In this document: positions 13,086 through 27,422 of the stretch, piece after piece | How the letters are laid out: each line of letters starts with the position of its first letter | Position numbering within the stretch: position 1 is the first letter of the stretch | DNA from: Octopus vulgaris | Taxonomy: Eukaryota | Assembly (NCBI GenBank): GCA_951406725.2 | Contig: OX597817.1 | Location: 146,010,001-146,074,000 of the forward strand | Reading direction: 5' to 3' | DNA length: 64,000 nucleotides | Position numbers and translations under genes: made by a program | Notes under the pieces: model-generated | Seen by the model: only the letters and a program-made list of their open reading frames with translations | What the model was told of the DNA's origin: nothing | The model's database searches: none

Positions 13086-13320
13086 GGCGGCGAGCTGGCA
13101 GAAACGTTAACGCGACGGGTGAAATGCTTAGCAGTATTTTGTCTGCCGTTACGTTCTGAGTTCAAATTCTGCCAAGGTCGACTTTGCCTTTCATTCTTTT
13201 GGGGTCAATAAATTAAGTAGCAGTTACACACTGGGGTCAATGTAATTGACTTTATCCCTTTGTCTATCCTTGTTTGTCCCCTCTATGTTTAGCCCCTAGT
13301 GGGCAGTAAAGAAATAAGAA
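13086..13320 (+). mobile_element. Family A SINE
   Basis: Full-length copy from ggcggcgagctggcagaa to agtaaagaaataag. Confidence 0.85.
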
Positions 13321-13727
13321 ATCACTGGCCAATCTCCCTTGAATGTCAACCTATTGCATTAAATAAAGGACCCATAAGCTAATGTGATCCTACATACCTC
13401 TAAAAAAAAAGAGCTGGGGGAGAAAAGAACTGGATTGTCATGGTTGGCTGGAATGCCTTTCGTCATAAATCTGCTCGATCAGAGCTAACCTGAGGCTAAA
13501 CAACACCAAAAACCATGGATGTAAAACTGGTGATGGTGGTCGATATTAAGAGCTGTGAGATAGTAGAATCAGTATAGTGTTAGTATTTCTTCCAGTTCTT
13601 CATGTTCTGAGTTCAAATCTTGCCAAAGTCAAGATCTCTCCATAGTTGTTAAATAAAGTACCAATCAAGCAGAGGGATTCCACTATTCTCCTTCAAAACT
13701 GCAGGTCTTATGCTTAAATTAGAAACT

Positions 13728-14070
13728 TGCGGCTAAATGGCTTCCGTGCCGGTGGCACGTAAAAGGCACCATTCGAGCGTGATCGTTACTAGTGTCGCCT
13801 TACTGGCACCTGTGCTGGTGGCATGTGTAAAAAGATTTGAGCAAGTCGTTGCCAGTACCACCTGACTGACCCTTGTGCTGGTGGCACGTAAAAGCACCCA
13901 TTACACTCTCGGAGTGGTTGGCATTAGGAAGGGCATCCAGCTGTAGAAACTCTGCCAGATCAAGATTGAAGCCTGGTGCAGCCATCTGGTTCGCCAGCCC
14001 TCAGTCAAAATCGTCCAACCCATGCTAGCATGGAAAGCGGACGTTAAACGATGATGATGATGATGATGAT
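13728..14070 (+). mobile_element. Family C retroelement (RTE-type 3' tail)
   Basis: Three internal GGTGGCACGTAAAA units and a (GAT)n tail. Confidence 0.8.
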
Positions 14071-16844
14071 TAATATCATTTAGCTGTCAATACAAGAAAA
14101 TCTTTGCAACTATGTTCCACAGAATTTACTCTTAGAAAGTATTAGGAATTTTTGTCTGCCAGTAATATAAAATTAGGAGGTAGGATCCATGCTGGAAGTA
14201 ACAAGAAAACCTCGGCTGCTGGACATTGATAGTTATATTACAACTGGATGACTGTAGTAACCATTTGGTATGTGTATTCTATAGGGACAAAATGGCTGCC
14301 AAGTCTTTGAAATCAGAAAGTAGATGCCAAAGAGATTGCCATATATTTGTAAGAATGCATATGCATTATGCTGGAAGCTTTTGGGCTTCAGCAAACTAAT
14401 GATATTCGCTTATGAATCCAGAAATTTCCTCAATATTTCCATGGCAACTGTTCTGTGCCGTATGCAAATTACAGAATGAATGGGAACAGTATGAAAATTG
14501 GATAAGGAAATTAAGGTCATATGATTCATATTTTATTAATATTTATTAATTTTTGGATAGTCACATAGCAAAAGATTGGATCTTTTTTGAGTTGTACTAT
14601 TCCTGTGGCTTAAACGGTTAGGCATTGAAGAGATAAATGAAAAAATTGATTTTTCTATGAAAAATCTGATGCCATTTCTGGTGGAGAAATGTTAGCTGAC
14701 TCAGCCAACCACTTATTTTGATTTTTAAAACTTAAATATTTATGTAGTTGCCAAAATACTTACTACTTAACCTTGTTTTGTTTATATTTTTCATATTTCT
14801 GTCAAAATACACTACTTTTGATTTCTGTTCATTTTTAAAATAATGAAGACTTTAGTAAAATAATTTTGTCAATATTAAACTAGTTTTTTGAACAAATTAA
14901 CCTAAAATTTTGATTTTAATTTAAATCACTTTAAAACAGGGAATTTGTGTCATAGAACCAGGGACAGCCTCAGGCAGTTTGGTATCAAAAGGGTTGTTTT
15001 CACTAATCTTTTCATCATCATCATATCTCCATTTTCTTTGCTCCCAGTGGTGGGGGATTAGCAGGATTGTACGGATGCCAGACTAGATGCCTTGCAGCAT
15101 TTGTTCTGGCCCTTTGCATTCTGAGTTTAAATCCCACTGTGGCTTATTTGAGTGGTAAACTTAATCCCTCACCCAGTTTGACCCGGTACCTTCGGTACCT
15201 TTAGCAGAGTCCACTCTTTTGCAAACGTTAAGGACAGGTTTCCAGTTTTGGAAGCTCTGTAACAGATCATAGTCACTGCTTTGTGACCGAAACATTAAAA
15301 AAGAAAAACGATTTCTAATGTTGAATGGCCTTACTAACCGCAGCGACTTTATAGAGTAGCTCAAGTGCATTTTATCATATCATCAGCACCAAAAGATTGA
15401 TTTATCTTCATTAGATCAAAGAGTCTACTCCATGTTGTGTGGTCTGTTTTTTTTTTTTTTTCATGACTGATAAAGTGATAACCAATTTGGTGAATATTTG
15501 TGTCCTAGTGGTTAGGGTATTTGGCTTACAATTGTTGGGTTGTGAGTTCAATTCCTGGTAGTGCATTGTCTTCTTGAGTAAGACACTTCATTTTACATTT
15601 CTCCAGGCCACTCAGCTGGCAAACAGTTCCACCTATAATTCCAAGGGCCAGCCTTGTCACATTCTGTGTCACGTATCTCCCTGAGAACTATGTCATGGAT
15701 ATGCTTGCCTATGGACCACTCAGTCACTTGCATGTTAATTTCACAAGCTGACTGTTCTGCTGATTGGATCAACTGGAACCTTCGTCTTCACGTAACCGAT
15801 GGAGTGCCAGTAGGAAGGGAGTTATGGAAGAGAGAAAGTGATTGCTATATGTTGCTGGTTGGTAAGGATTTTGAACAGAAAAGCAGCATGAATCATCATC
15901 ATCATCGTTTAACATCCGTTTTCCATGCTAGCACGGGTTGGACGGTTTGACCGGGGTCTGGGAAGCCAGGAGGCTGCTCAGGCTCCAGTCTGATCTGGCA
16001 GTGTTTCTACAGCTGGATGCCCTTCCTAACGCCAACCACTCTGTGAGTGTTGTGCATGCTTTTTACGTGCCACTGGCACAGGTGCCAGGGGAGGCTGGCA
16101 GCGGCCATGATTGGTTGGTGCTTTTTACGTGCCACCAGCACACAAGCCAGTCAAGGCGGTGCTGGCATCGGCCATGTTCAGATGGTGCTTTTTACATGCC
16201 ACCGGCAACAATAAAGATAACAGCATGATGGATAGGAGTAGAGGTATATAATGGTAAGTAGGAATGGTGGATGTCAATGAAGAGTAGTTTGGGGTGAAAA
16301 GAGACGGTGATGGCATGGAATAAAGAAAAGTAGTGGTCTGGGGAAAACAAAGGGATGATGGTGAGGATGTTCATTATGTACAGAAGTTTTGGGACAAGCC
16401 AACTCCAAGCTGGAGACAGCATGTCTGATATTAGCTGGATTATAGTCCAGCTAATTGTCAAAGTCTCTAGAATGTAGCTCCAACCTTTTCCAATAAAACT
16501 ACATTAGATGTAGACATTTATAGCCTGAGCAAATGCACCAAAGTGAATCATCAGTTTCAAACTAATTGTGTGTGTATGTGTGTATCATATTATATTAACA
16601 TTTATTATATCGTCATTGTTTTAATGTCATATTAAGAGTCATTAAAAATTGGGCACTTTTGGAGTTTAGATGTATATTTTTGGTTTTGTTTCAGCTTGTT
16701 AGCTATAACCATGCTACAATACTAGCATAAAAAGATGTAGTTTTAAATATTGTAAAAGATCGTGTGTAATCTGTTACCATATATAATACAGATCTTGATT
16801 TGGTTGGGAGGGGGGACCTAAATTGCCTTAAAAACTGAAAATAT

Positions 16845-17105
16845 CATCATCATTATTCAATGCTGGCATAGGTTGGATAGTTTGACTGAAAACTGGTAAG
16901 CTGATTTGCCATGGTTTCTACAGCTGAGTGCCCTTCTTGACACCAACCACTCCAAGAGTGTTGTGGCTGCTTTTTATGTGCCACCAGCATGGGTGCCAGT
17001 TACGAAATACTGGCATTGGCCACAACTATAGTCTCACATGGCTTTGAGAGGTCTTCTCAAGCCCATTATATTACCAGAGGTCCCTGTTACTTGTCACTAC
17101 CTCAT
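16845..17105 (-). mobile_element. Decayed RTE LINE 3' end (ORF end joined to the family C tail)
   Basis: Minus strand gtgacaagtaacagggacctctgg...gcttgagaagacc resembles 28503-28550 and runs on into ggtggcacataaaaagc...gaagggcactcagctgtagaa...(gat)n. Confidence 0.6.
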
Positions 17106-18237
17106 GTAATCACAATGATTACTGAAGTAAATAAACTATGAACCAATACATTAGTTTTTAATATTTCATTTTATATAAATAAATTTATATAAAATAAATC
17201 ATCATCATTTTAATGTCCACTTTTCTATGCTAGCATGGATAGGACAGAATTTGTGAAGGTAGATTTTCTATGACCAGATGCCCTTCTTGTCACCAACCCT
17301 CAACTATCCAACCAAGAGAAGGCCAGGATATTCAGCTCACAATTAAAAGGCTGTGGCTTCAATTCCCAGTGGCACATTGTGTCCTTGAGCAAGACACTTT
17401 ATTTCTCATTGCACCAGTCCACTTAGTTGGCAAAAATGAGTTGTACCTATTATGTAATGGGTTGGCCTTACCATGCTGAATCTCTCAGAACATGTTAAAG
17501 ATACACATGCCTGTGAAGTGCTCAGTTAATTTCACAAGCAGTTGTTCTGTTGTTGATTGGATAAACTGGAACGCTTGTCATTATAACTGACAGAGATCTC
17601 GACCAATTCTTCCTCATGACTAGTCATGTTTTTAAATAAGATTGGAAATGGACACCACTTGTATGACAGTGATGCTTGTTTACAACATCTGCATGGTGTC
17701 AACATGAGAATACATAAACACACACCTGCTCACATGTGCACACACACACCATGATTGGTTTCTTTCTGTTTATCAAATCTGCTCACAAGGCTTTCATCAG
17801 TATAGGACTACAGTAGAATAGAAGAAGACACTTTCCCAAGATGCCACAGAGTATATCTCAAAACTGGAGATTGGAAAATTTTTTGGTATTATTTATTTGC
17901 CAAACCTTTTCCAATCTCCTGTTTTGATATTATTACTTTGCACAAAATATTTCCCAGTATTTTCAACTCTTGTGGATACCTCACACAATTACAACATCTA
18001 CACACACATTTGGAATAACAAAATAAGCAGATGTGCTTGAAGAGGTCATAGCTTGGATTTTAACATTGTGTGTGTATGTGTGTTATGATGATAGAGACTT
18101 TTCGATCTCATGTCACAGTATAGTTTAATCATTTAATTTTATAAAGATGCACGATATCAGTTGTACCCAACCTGGGGTCCACGCACCCCCAGTGGTCTGC
18201 AAAGGTAGTACTAGGGGTCTGTGAACTAAATTCAGAA

Positions 18238-18277
<40 letters not shown>

Positions 18278-18378
18278 ACCGGAGTAAACACATAAATGCG
18301 AAACAAGGTGGTAAAAAGAATACTCAAATACTAGAGGCAGAGTAATATGCTTTATTAAAAGCAGCACAAATATCACGT

Positions 18379-18422
18379 AAACTGTTACTCAGAGTTTCAC
18401 GTTCCTATTCGTCGGACAGTTT
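18379..18422 (-). ncRNA. Minimal type I hammerhead-like motif (U4C core variant)
   Basis: Minus strand: AAACTGT-CCGACGA-ATAGGAACGT-GAAA-CTCTGAG-TA-ACAGTTT; 7-bp perfect stem I, near-palindromic stem III, weakened stem II. A partial inverted copy lies at ~18522-18561. Confidence 0.55.
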
Positions 18423-18564
18423 TGTTAGAATGGAGCAGAAATTATAATATAACCAAACGTAAAATAGTTTAAATGATACACTTTTCAAAATGGAAAGGAC
18501 CAATGAAACAACACCATTTTCAAAACTCTGAGTAACAGTTTTTGTGATATTTCTGCTGCTTGCC

Positions 18565-18958
18565 AACCCCCTTTGCTTGTGAAGACATGTTGGGGCAAGC
18601 GAAATCGAAATCGAATTGAACCAGCCAGGATCCCTGGTCTGGTGGTACATAAAAGCACTATCCGACTCGTGGCCGATGCCAGCACCGCCTCGACTGGCTT
18701 CCGTGCCGGTGGCACATAAAATACACCAATCCGACCGTGGCCGTTGCCAGCTTCGCCTGGCACCTGTGCAGGTGGCACGTAAAAAGCACCCACTACACTC
18801 ACGGAGTGGTTGGTGTTAGGAAGGGCATCCAGCTGTAGAAACATTGCCAGATTAGACTGGAGCCTGGTGCAGCCTTCTGGCTTCCCAGAACCCCGGTCGA
18901 ACCGTCCAACCCATGCTAGCATGGAGAACGGATGTTAAACGATGATGATGATGATGAT
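18565..18958 (+). mobile_element. Family C retroelement (RTE-type 3' tail)
   Basis: Same motifs and (GAT)n tail; nested in a hAT-type MITE. Confidence 0.8.
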
Positions 18959-19568
18959 AGATACATACATACATAAGGGTAAGCATATTAAAAGGGATCC
19001 ATGGTAAAACTCATTTAAATAAAATGGTTGGGAATCACTGATATAGATCTGAGTGACAAAATTAAGGTTTATTCTCAATGTAAGGATAGCCTAAACTTAT
19101 ATTTCTATAAAACTGATTTGTCATATAGAATATCATACAGAGCTTGCCTTTTAGGTCAACATAGAATAGCAATCCTTGTATTCCTTCTGATGTGTGGGTG
19201 ATAAAAAAAGAAGTCTGACAACATATCTCTGTAACATTGATATCTCAGTGTGAACATTAGAACTTGCTCGACAAGTTTGATAATAATCTGAAAAATCCAT
19301 TGCTAACAAAGGAATTGAAGAAAATTAAACTGCAACTAATCAAAGACTTCTTCATATGAAGTTTCTTTACAAATATCACTATAAAATGAATTGGTAGCAT
19401 ATTAATTAATTTACTGCTAATGATGATCGTAAAGGGGCTTCTCTCATAGCCCTTTTGATTCTAACCAGTCTGAATCAGCCCCTGGTTCTGTGATGTAAAC
19501 TTCCTGTTTTAAAGAATTTTAAATTAAAACCTACCATCAAAATTTTCAAGTTCTGAACTCCAGCTTAA

Positions 19569-19790
19569 CCCTTTGGTATTCAGATTATTCTGTCAAATGT
19601 AATGCTTATGTAATCAAATTGTTTTGAATTAACCATGCAAAAACATCGTAGTATTGAAATTTTGAGGATGTGATTGCTTATTCTTAGAATGACATTGTAC
19701 AATAAATGTGAGAAGCCAGATCTGGCCAGTTTGAACATAAAACAAGTAGAATATTTGGGGCTGGATTTGGCCGGTTTGAATGCTAAAGGG
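19569..19790. mobile_element. piggyBac-type MITE P2 inserted at a TTAA inside a decayed P1-like copy
   Basis: TTAA|CCCTTTGG...CTAAAGGG|TTAA; flanks resume the P1-like sequence cagcttaa|tgacag. Confidence 0.8.
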
Positions 19791-21428
19791 TTAATGACAG
19801 TTATGACGGTACATTTCAACAGGAATATGATTGCAAAAGTGGTAAATTCTATTAATTCTTGATCATATTTATGTTGGAGTAACTAAGTAAATACTAATTT
19901 CAAGTTTTGGCACAAGGCCAGCAATTTCAGGGACAGGATTAAGTTGATTACATCGATCACAGTGCTCAACTGGTGCCCTTTTTTTTATTAATACTCCACC
20001 ACCACCCGCAAGTTGAAAGGCAAAGTCAGCCTCAGAGAAATGTGAACTCAAAATGTAAAGATGGACAGAATGCTGCTAACGATTCTGCCTGCTCACTGCC
20101 TTAAGGAAATAATATTCTTTTATTTGTTTCAGTCATTTGACTGCAGCCATGCTGGAGTACCACATTTAGTCGAACAAATCGACCCCAGGACTTATTCTTT
20201 GTAAGCCTAGTACTTATTCTATCAGTATCTTTTGCCGAACTGCTAAGTTACAGGGACGTAAACCCACCATCATCGGTTGTCAAACGATGGTGGAGACACA
20301 CAGAAACATAAACACACACACACACACGTGTGTGTGTATATCTCTTATGATAAAAGGCAGATTTTCTCTGCCTGTTCCCATGTTCCTTTTTAATACAATT
20401 CTACAATATAGAATTTCTTCAATTAGAATTTACCTATGATTTTTCGAAGTAGATTCGATTGGGTCATGGCATATAAAGTTTTTTTCGATTTGACCCCCAA
20501 TTAAGCAAAAATTCAAGAAAAGTAAATATTTTACGATTTGCCTCTCTAATTTCAACTGCTTCACTCCTGCTATTACCATACTTTCTCCTACTTTCTCTTT
20601 GCAAGTGTACCTTAAACCACTACTCAAAAAAATACAGAGCAAACGGAAACAAATAAATACATAATGATTTACTCCTCACACAATTTCTTCAATTGGAATT
20701 TACCTATGATTTTTCGAAGTACATTCTATTCGGTCATACTCTCTTTTACTCTTTACTCTTTTACTTGTTTCAGTCATTTGACTGCGGCCATGCTGGAGCA
20801 CCACCTTTTAGTACTTATTCTATCGGTCTCTTTTTGCCGAACCGCTAAGTGACGGGGACCTAAACACACCAGCATCGGTTGTCAAGCAATGCTAGGGGGA
20901 CAAACACACACACAAACACACGGATACATATATATATACATATATACGACAGGCTTCTTTCAGTTTCCGTCTACCAAATCCACTCACAAGGCATTGGTCG
21001 GCCCGGGGCTATAGCAGAAGACACTTGCCCAAGATGCCACACAGTGGGACTGAACCTGCAACCGTGTGGTGTCATATAAATTTCTTTCAATTTGACCCCC
21101 AATTAAGCAAAAATTTGAAAAAACTCAATATTTTACGATTTCCCTCTCTCACTTCAAAGGCTTTACTCCGCCTATTAGCACACTTTCTCTTTACACACAT
21201 AGACACGCAAACATATACATATATGACAGTGTCAATTGTTGAAAGAAAATTGTAAGCTAAGAAGGTGTGTGTGCGTGCGTGCGTGCGTGTGTGTGTGTGT
21301 GTGTCTGTGTGTGTGTAGGAAGTGAAGGATAAAAATATGGCAAGAAGTGGACAGATGTACATATATACATACATCCATGCATACATAGATGTGTGTGTGT
21401 ATGTATGTGTATTAATGTGTGTGTGTTA

Positions 21429-21816
21429 TCTCTCTCTATATAAAGCTGAAGTTGTCTGTGTGCGCCAGGTTTGGTAGCCTTCAACTAACACTATCTCCTC
21501 CGAGACCCTGTGGCACAAGTTGACCAAAATTGAGAGTATGATAGAAGGGTTGCTCTTCCTTCCGTAGAAGATAAAATTCAAGTCGGATCAAGTTAACACC
21601 AAAAATTATTTACATCAAAAAGGTGCTTTTTTCTTTGAAAATCCCTATTTTTTACGATTTTTTCACTGCTGTGTCGCCACTTTTCGGTGTATTTCAACCA
21701 GAAAAATGTTTACTTGAAGAGAATAACAAGCTACATCATGCAAAATTTTTACTTTTCAAAAATTCCAATTCCAGCGGGTTGAAACAAACCCGAGCAACGC
21801 CGGGCGATACTGCTAG
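21429..21816 (+). mobile_element. Non-autonomous Helitron
   Basis: A|TC...TATATAAAG 5' end; 3' hairpin CCCGAGCAACGCCGGG then CTAG|T. Confidence 0.8.
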
Positions 21817-22797
21817 TATATATATATATATAGACGACGGTCTTCTTTCAGTTTCTGTCTACGAAATCCACTCACAAGGCTTTGGTCAGCCTGAAGCTGT
21901 AGTTGAAGACACTTGCCTAAGGTACCATCAGTAGGACTGAACCCAGAAGCATGTGGTTGGTAGGCAAGCTACTTACCACACAGCCACTCCTGCACCACAC
22001 AAAATTGTTGCCTTCAAATGAGATGAATACCTTGTCAGTGAAACTGAAGCCCATCGTATGTGTATGTGGGAGTGTGTTCATATCAGTGAGTTCATATTTC
22101 CCTTCATTTTCTTGTGTGTTTGCTGGTTGTAAACAAAATCCTCACAGCTCATGCAGGCAATGTTGTTTGCTTGCTGTCTGCTATGAAAGCATGTCCAGGC
22201 TTGTTGATATACTCTTTACTCTCTTTTACTTGTTTCAGTCATTTGACTGTGGCCATGCTGGGGCACTGCCTTTAGTCGAGCAAATCGACCCCAGGACTTA
22301 TTCTTTGGAAGCCTAGTACTTATTCTGTCTCTTTTGCCGAACCGCTAAGTTACGGGGACGTAAACACACCAGCATCGGTTGTCAAGTGATGTTGGGGGGA
22401 CAACACAGACACACACACATATATATATATTTATACATATATACAACGGGCTTGTTTCAGTTTCTGTCTACCAAATCTACTCACAAGGCTTTGGTTGGTC
22501 CGAGGCTATAGAAGACACTTGCCCAAGGTGTCACGCAGTGGGACTGAACCCGGAACCATGTGGTTGGTAAGCATTTCATATAACAAAAGATGCATTCCAG
22601 TGGTGTCGTTTGTTTCGTGTTCTCTGCATAACTATGTCCAGGTTGTTCATTGTTTGGAGAAATTACCTTGCTTAATACCAGCTGAGGGTTGTCATCAGGA
22701 AGGGCATCTGGCCATAAAATCCCTGCCCCACTATAGTCTTGTTTGATTTATGCAAGGATGGAAAAAAGTAAACATCAAAACAGTTACGATATATAAA

Positions 22798-22837
<40 letters not shown>

Positions 22838-24205
22838 GTGGGGAGACACTCAACAGGGAAGATGCACTATAAAATAAAACAGGTGTTTAGCTCCATTTCA
22901 GCCATCATTGAGTAAATTTACAATCTAAGGTGCTCCAGCTGTGGCCATCCTATTTCTTTTATATCTAGGACTAAATTTTTCTATGTATCCTTTACTTTTT
23001 TAAAAGGTATAATTTGAGGCATATTTGGCTGCCATATTTTTGCAAGTCAGGCAGTTCATGTTTACATTTCCCTCGTGGATGCATCATAACTGCAAAGCTT
23101 GGAAGTTTTCTCTGTGTAGTTCTGAATCTCACAATCTCTATGTCTCACCCATTAGTTTAATGCAGTTGAACTATTCAACACATGATTGTAAAGCTAAGGG
23201 GGGAAAAAGAAACACAAAAACGTATTCTTTTTGCTGAAAAATTAACTGGTATTACCATTGATATTCAATACTTGATAAAAGAAAAAAATATGCACAAATC
23301 TAAATGTGAAGAACTTGTTCATGTTCAACAAAGCATTTTTAATTTTTTTCATTGCTATTCACAAGGAAAATATGAAGATAATCCAGTGCTTAAGTCAAAC
23401 TACTTTCTTGGCAGATATTATAATTTTTATCAAAATATATATATATATATATATGTAAAGTGGATCTGTCTACCTTGGAATAAGACAGACAGATCTGTTT
23501 TGCAAATAATAAAAAAGACTAATTGAAAATGAAACAGTGGAAACAATTTATGTTAATGTGAAAATGTCTGCCAAATTGATCGTTGATCTCCATTACTGCC
23601 GCTGTTAACGATGATGATGCTCTTATTAAAAAAAAATACTATTCAAAACTTGTCTGAGAGTGATAACATTCACTATATTTTTTATGTTCGTCTTCATATC
23701 ATTTAATTGCAAACTAATCTTGAGTATGTGTCTGTATATATATTCATATATATGTTAAACTGTCTTTAAATGATATAAATATTATCAGTCGAGTAATGCC
23801 AAATAGCAAATTTGGTAACCAAAGTAGATAGTTGAAATGTTTGCTCAAATTTCAACAAAATATCATATCTCTGCCATTTCATTTAAAAGAAGGTATTCTG
23901 CAGAAATTGATACACTAACTTATATATAGTCTCATAGACCCCTCTTGTTTCTCCTTACACTTTATCTCCTGCCTACTGAGAAGTGGGTCTTGTGGGACCC
24001 TTTACAGTAAATAACCCTTGAAGAATTTTAACACGTAAAAAGTACCAATGCTTAGTACACTCTGTAAAATTGTTGGCATTAGGAAGAGCATCCAACCATA
24101 GAACCCATGCCAAAACAGAGACAGCTGGAACTTGGGCAGCTGTCCAGAGCTCCGGCCAAACCGTTCAACCTATGCCAGCATGGAAAATGGATGTTAAATG
24201 ATAAT

Positions 24206-24604
24206 ACTCTTTACTCTCTTTTACTTGTTTCAGTCATCTGACTGTGGCCGTGCTGGAGCACCGCCTTTAGTCAAACAAATAGACCCCAGGACTTATTCTT
24301 TGTAACCCTAGTACTTATTCTATTGGCCTCTTTTGCCGAACCGCTAAGTTACGGCAATGTAAACGCACCAGCATCAGTTGTCAAGCGATGTTGGGAGGAC
24401 AAACAGACACACAAACACACACATATATATACATATACATATACATATATACGACGGGCTTCTTTCGGTTTCCGTCTACCAAATCCACTCACAAGGCTTT
24501 GGTCGGCCCGAGGCTATAGTAGAAGACACTTGCCCAAGGTGGCACGCAATGGGACTGAACCCAGAACCATGTGGTTGGTAAGCAAGCTACTTACCACACA
24601 GCCA
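24206..24604 (-). mobile_element. Family B tRNA-derived SINE (CORE-like; probably octopus OR-type)
   Basis: A-box TGGCTGTGTGGT, B-box GGTTCAGTCCC, CORE-like ACCTTGGGCAAGT, internal (TA/TG)n, tail GACTGAAACAAGT(AAAAGAGT)n. Other minus copies at ~20117-20320, 20735-21066, 22208-22572, 25471-25809 and 42940-43285. Confidence 0.85.
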
Positions 24605-27189
24605 TTTTCTTCTGTCAAAATATTATCATCATCATCATAATCATCATAGTTTTTACATCTGCTTCTTCCACACAAGCATGGATTGGATGAGACTTGTTGA
24701 GGTAATATTCTATGGTTGAGTACCATTCTTGTTTATTTTCAAGTAAAGAACTTTTGTTCCATTGGTCTTTGCAAAGTCATTCTGCTGAGCTGTAGGAAGA
24801 ACATAAATACCATCACTGCTTAAGCAATGTGAATGTGAAGAGACATGAAGACAAATGCATATACACACATCCATGTGTGTGCATGCACACATATTCACGT
24901 GCCTGGATTCTACATAGTTTCCTCCTACCAAATTTCACTCTCAAGGCCATAAAAGAAGACACTTGCCCAAGATATGCTGTAGGACTGAACCTTCAGAAAG
25001 TAATATTTATGTTGTTGTTGTTCAGCCATAGGTCAGCCCTGATCCAACAGACCTGTGTTGAAAAGTTTTCCTGCTATAACCTTCCTATCTTTTCAGATTT
25101 AGTGTGTCTAAGACTGCATTACTTTTTAAAAACCATTCGGTACGATTGGTGGTGGTGGATTTGGCTGCTTTTTCTAGCAAGTCGACACAATGCAGCTCCT
25201 CGTATAATTTTGTGGTAACCAAGCTAGCATTGATAAAATATATTTTTACATATTGCATGTGAACATTGATCAGATAAGATAGAAACAAACAAAACAATCA
25301 CATGACATCTGCTGCTTGTTTATTTTTCTTCTTCCTATTTCCACCCTCCTGCCTCTCCAATGACCGTATTTCAATGGAATATAAAATGGTAAGCTGGCAG
25401 ATTCATTAGAGTGTCAGAAAAACGACTTTGCAATATTTATTCTGATTAACCCTTTTGTTACCATATTTCTCTCTTACTCTTTACTCTTTTACTTGTTTCA
25501 GTCATTTGACTGCAGCCATGCTGGAGCACCGCCTTTGGTCGAGCAAATCGGCCCCAGGACTTATTCTTTGTAAGCCTAGTACTTATTCTATCGGTCTATT
25601 TTGCCGAAGCGCTAAGTTACAGGGACGTAAACACACCAAGAGATTAAGTCAATTAGATCGACCCCAAACGCAGACACAAACATACACACACACACACACA
25701 CACATATACGATGGGCTTCTTTCGGTTTCCATCTACCAAATCCATGCAGTAGGACTGAACCCGGAACCATGTGGTTGGTAAGCAAGCTACTTGCCACACA
25801 GCCACTCCTTCTGTTGAGATGCTCTGTGTTTCTTTCAATTAATTTTAAGTATAACAAAGAATTTAGTAAAATAATTTAATTATCATTAAGCTAGTATTTA
25901 GGAACATAAATTGTGACTAAGGTTTGGTGGAAGATTTTAATTCAGAACTTTTGGAAACAAGACTTTTGTACTGCAGAGCCTGAGGTGGTTTCAGCCGGGT
26001 TGGTATCGAAAGGGTTAAATTAATCATTTGTTAAACTTTTTGTTACCATATTTCTGTTGATGTCTGTGTTTCTTTCAATTAATTTTAAATATAAGAAAGA
26101 ATTTTGTAAAATAACTTAGCTATCATTAAGCTAATGTTAGGAACATAAATTGTGACTAAGGTTTGGAAGATTTTAATTCAGAACTTTTGGAAACAAGACA
26201 TTTGTACCAAAGAGCCTGAAGTGATTTCAGCCAGGTTGGTTATGAAAGGATTAAGTCGGTGAGCTAGCAGAATCGTTAGCACGCCAAGCAAAATGCTTAG
26301 CAGCTTTTCATCCATCTTTACATTCTGAGTTCAAATTCTGCCTTTTATCCTTTTGGGAGAGGGCAGTCGATAAAATAAGCACCAGTTCAGCATTGGGGTT
26401 GATGGAATCAGTTTACACCCACCCCCACCGAAAAAAATATTGCTGGCCTTGTGCCAAAACTTGACCCCAAAATTATTTGTTTCACTTCTTTATATTCTCA
26501 GTTCACACCCCCACCAAGATCGCTTTTCATTCTTTTCGGGGGGGGGGGGTCGATAAAATAAAGTATCAATAGAATACAGAGGTCAATAATATCAATTAAC
26601 CCTCCATTCTCATAACTGCTGGCTTCGTGCTTAAATCAGCAACAATATCTAAATTGAATATATTTAAATTAGAATCTTAGTGGAAAGAATCACAAAATGG
26701 ATTCTTTAAGCTCAGCTAACTTGCAGGAGACTTAGCTATTGACCAAGAATGAGCTGATTAAATAATGTCCATAGTCTCAGTTGGTCATGATTAGGAATCC
26801 AGCCAGAAAGTATAATGATGATTGCTTCCGTTAGGTCCCTATGGAGGAGGAGGTGCCTGAGGACTCTACCCCAACAACCTTCTCAGAAATAGTGGACAAA
26901 GAAGATGGATGGATATATAATTTTAAATGTTTAATTATCAATAAATTATAAACTAATGCATATAATCCATTTTGTAAAATTGCTGCCTATAAAATATTAT
27001 TACTTTCCATTTTTTTGCTTAATTAAAAAGCAATGTTGCCTTATTATAAATGAGAATTTCTATTACTTAGAAAGAAATTAAAGTTTTAAAATTAATTGGA
27101 ATTTTCCATAACAGAGGGAACTGAGATAGTGGAACATTAGCTTAATGGGCTTAGAGTTTTCAGTCATCCCTCTCTCCTCTCCCCCTCCC

Positions 27190-27237
<48 letters not shown>

Positions 27238-27422
27238 AATCTTAGGATTAAACTCCAGTGTAGCTGTATGATTAATAAGTTTGCTTCTGAACCTTATGGT
27301 CTCAGGTTCAATTCTACTGTATTGCACCTTTGTGTCTTCTATGTGTCTTCTATTATAGCACTGGGCTGACCAAAGTCTCCTGAGTGAAATTGGCGGACAG
27401 AAATTGAGAGTAGCGAAAGTAT

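Larger units (their letters stand above)
18158..19040. mobile_element. hAT-type MITE hosting nested insertions
   Basis: CAGTTGTACCCAACC...GGTTGGGAATCACTG termini; TSD not preserved. Confidence 0.6.

Noticed and set aside
14300-14740. Possible decayed transposase remnant
   Set aside because: No frame gives a recognisable catalytic motif and no TIRs were found.
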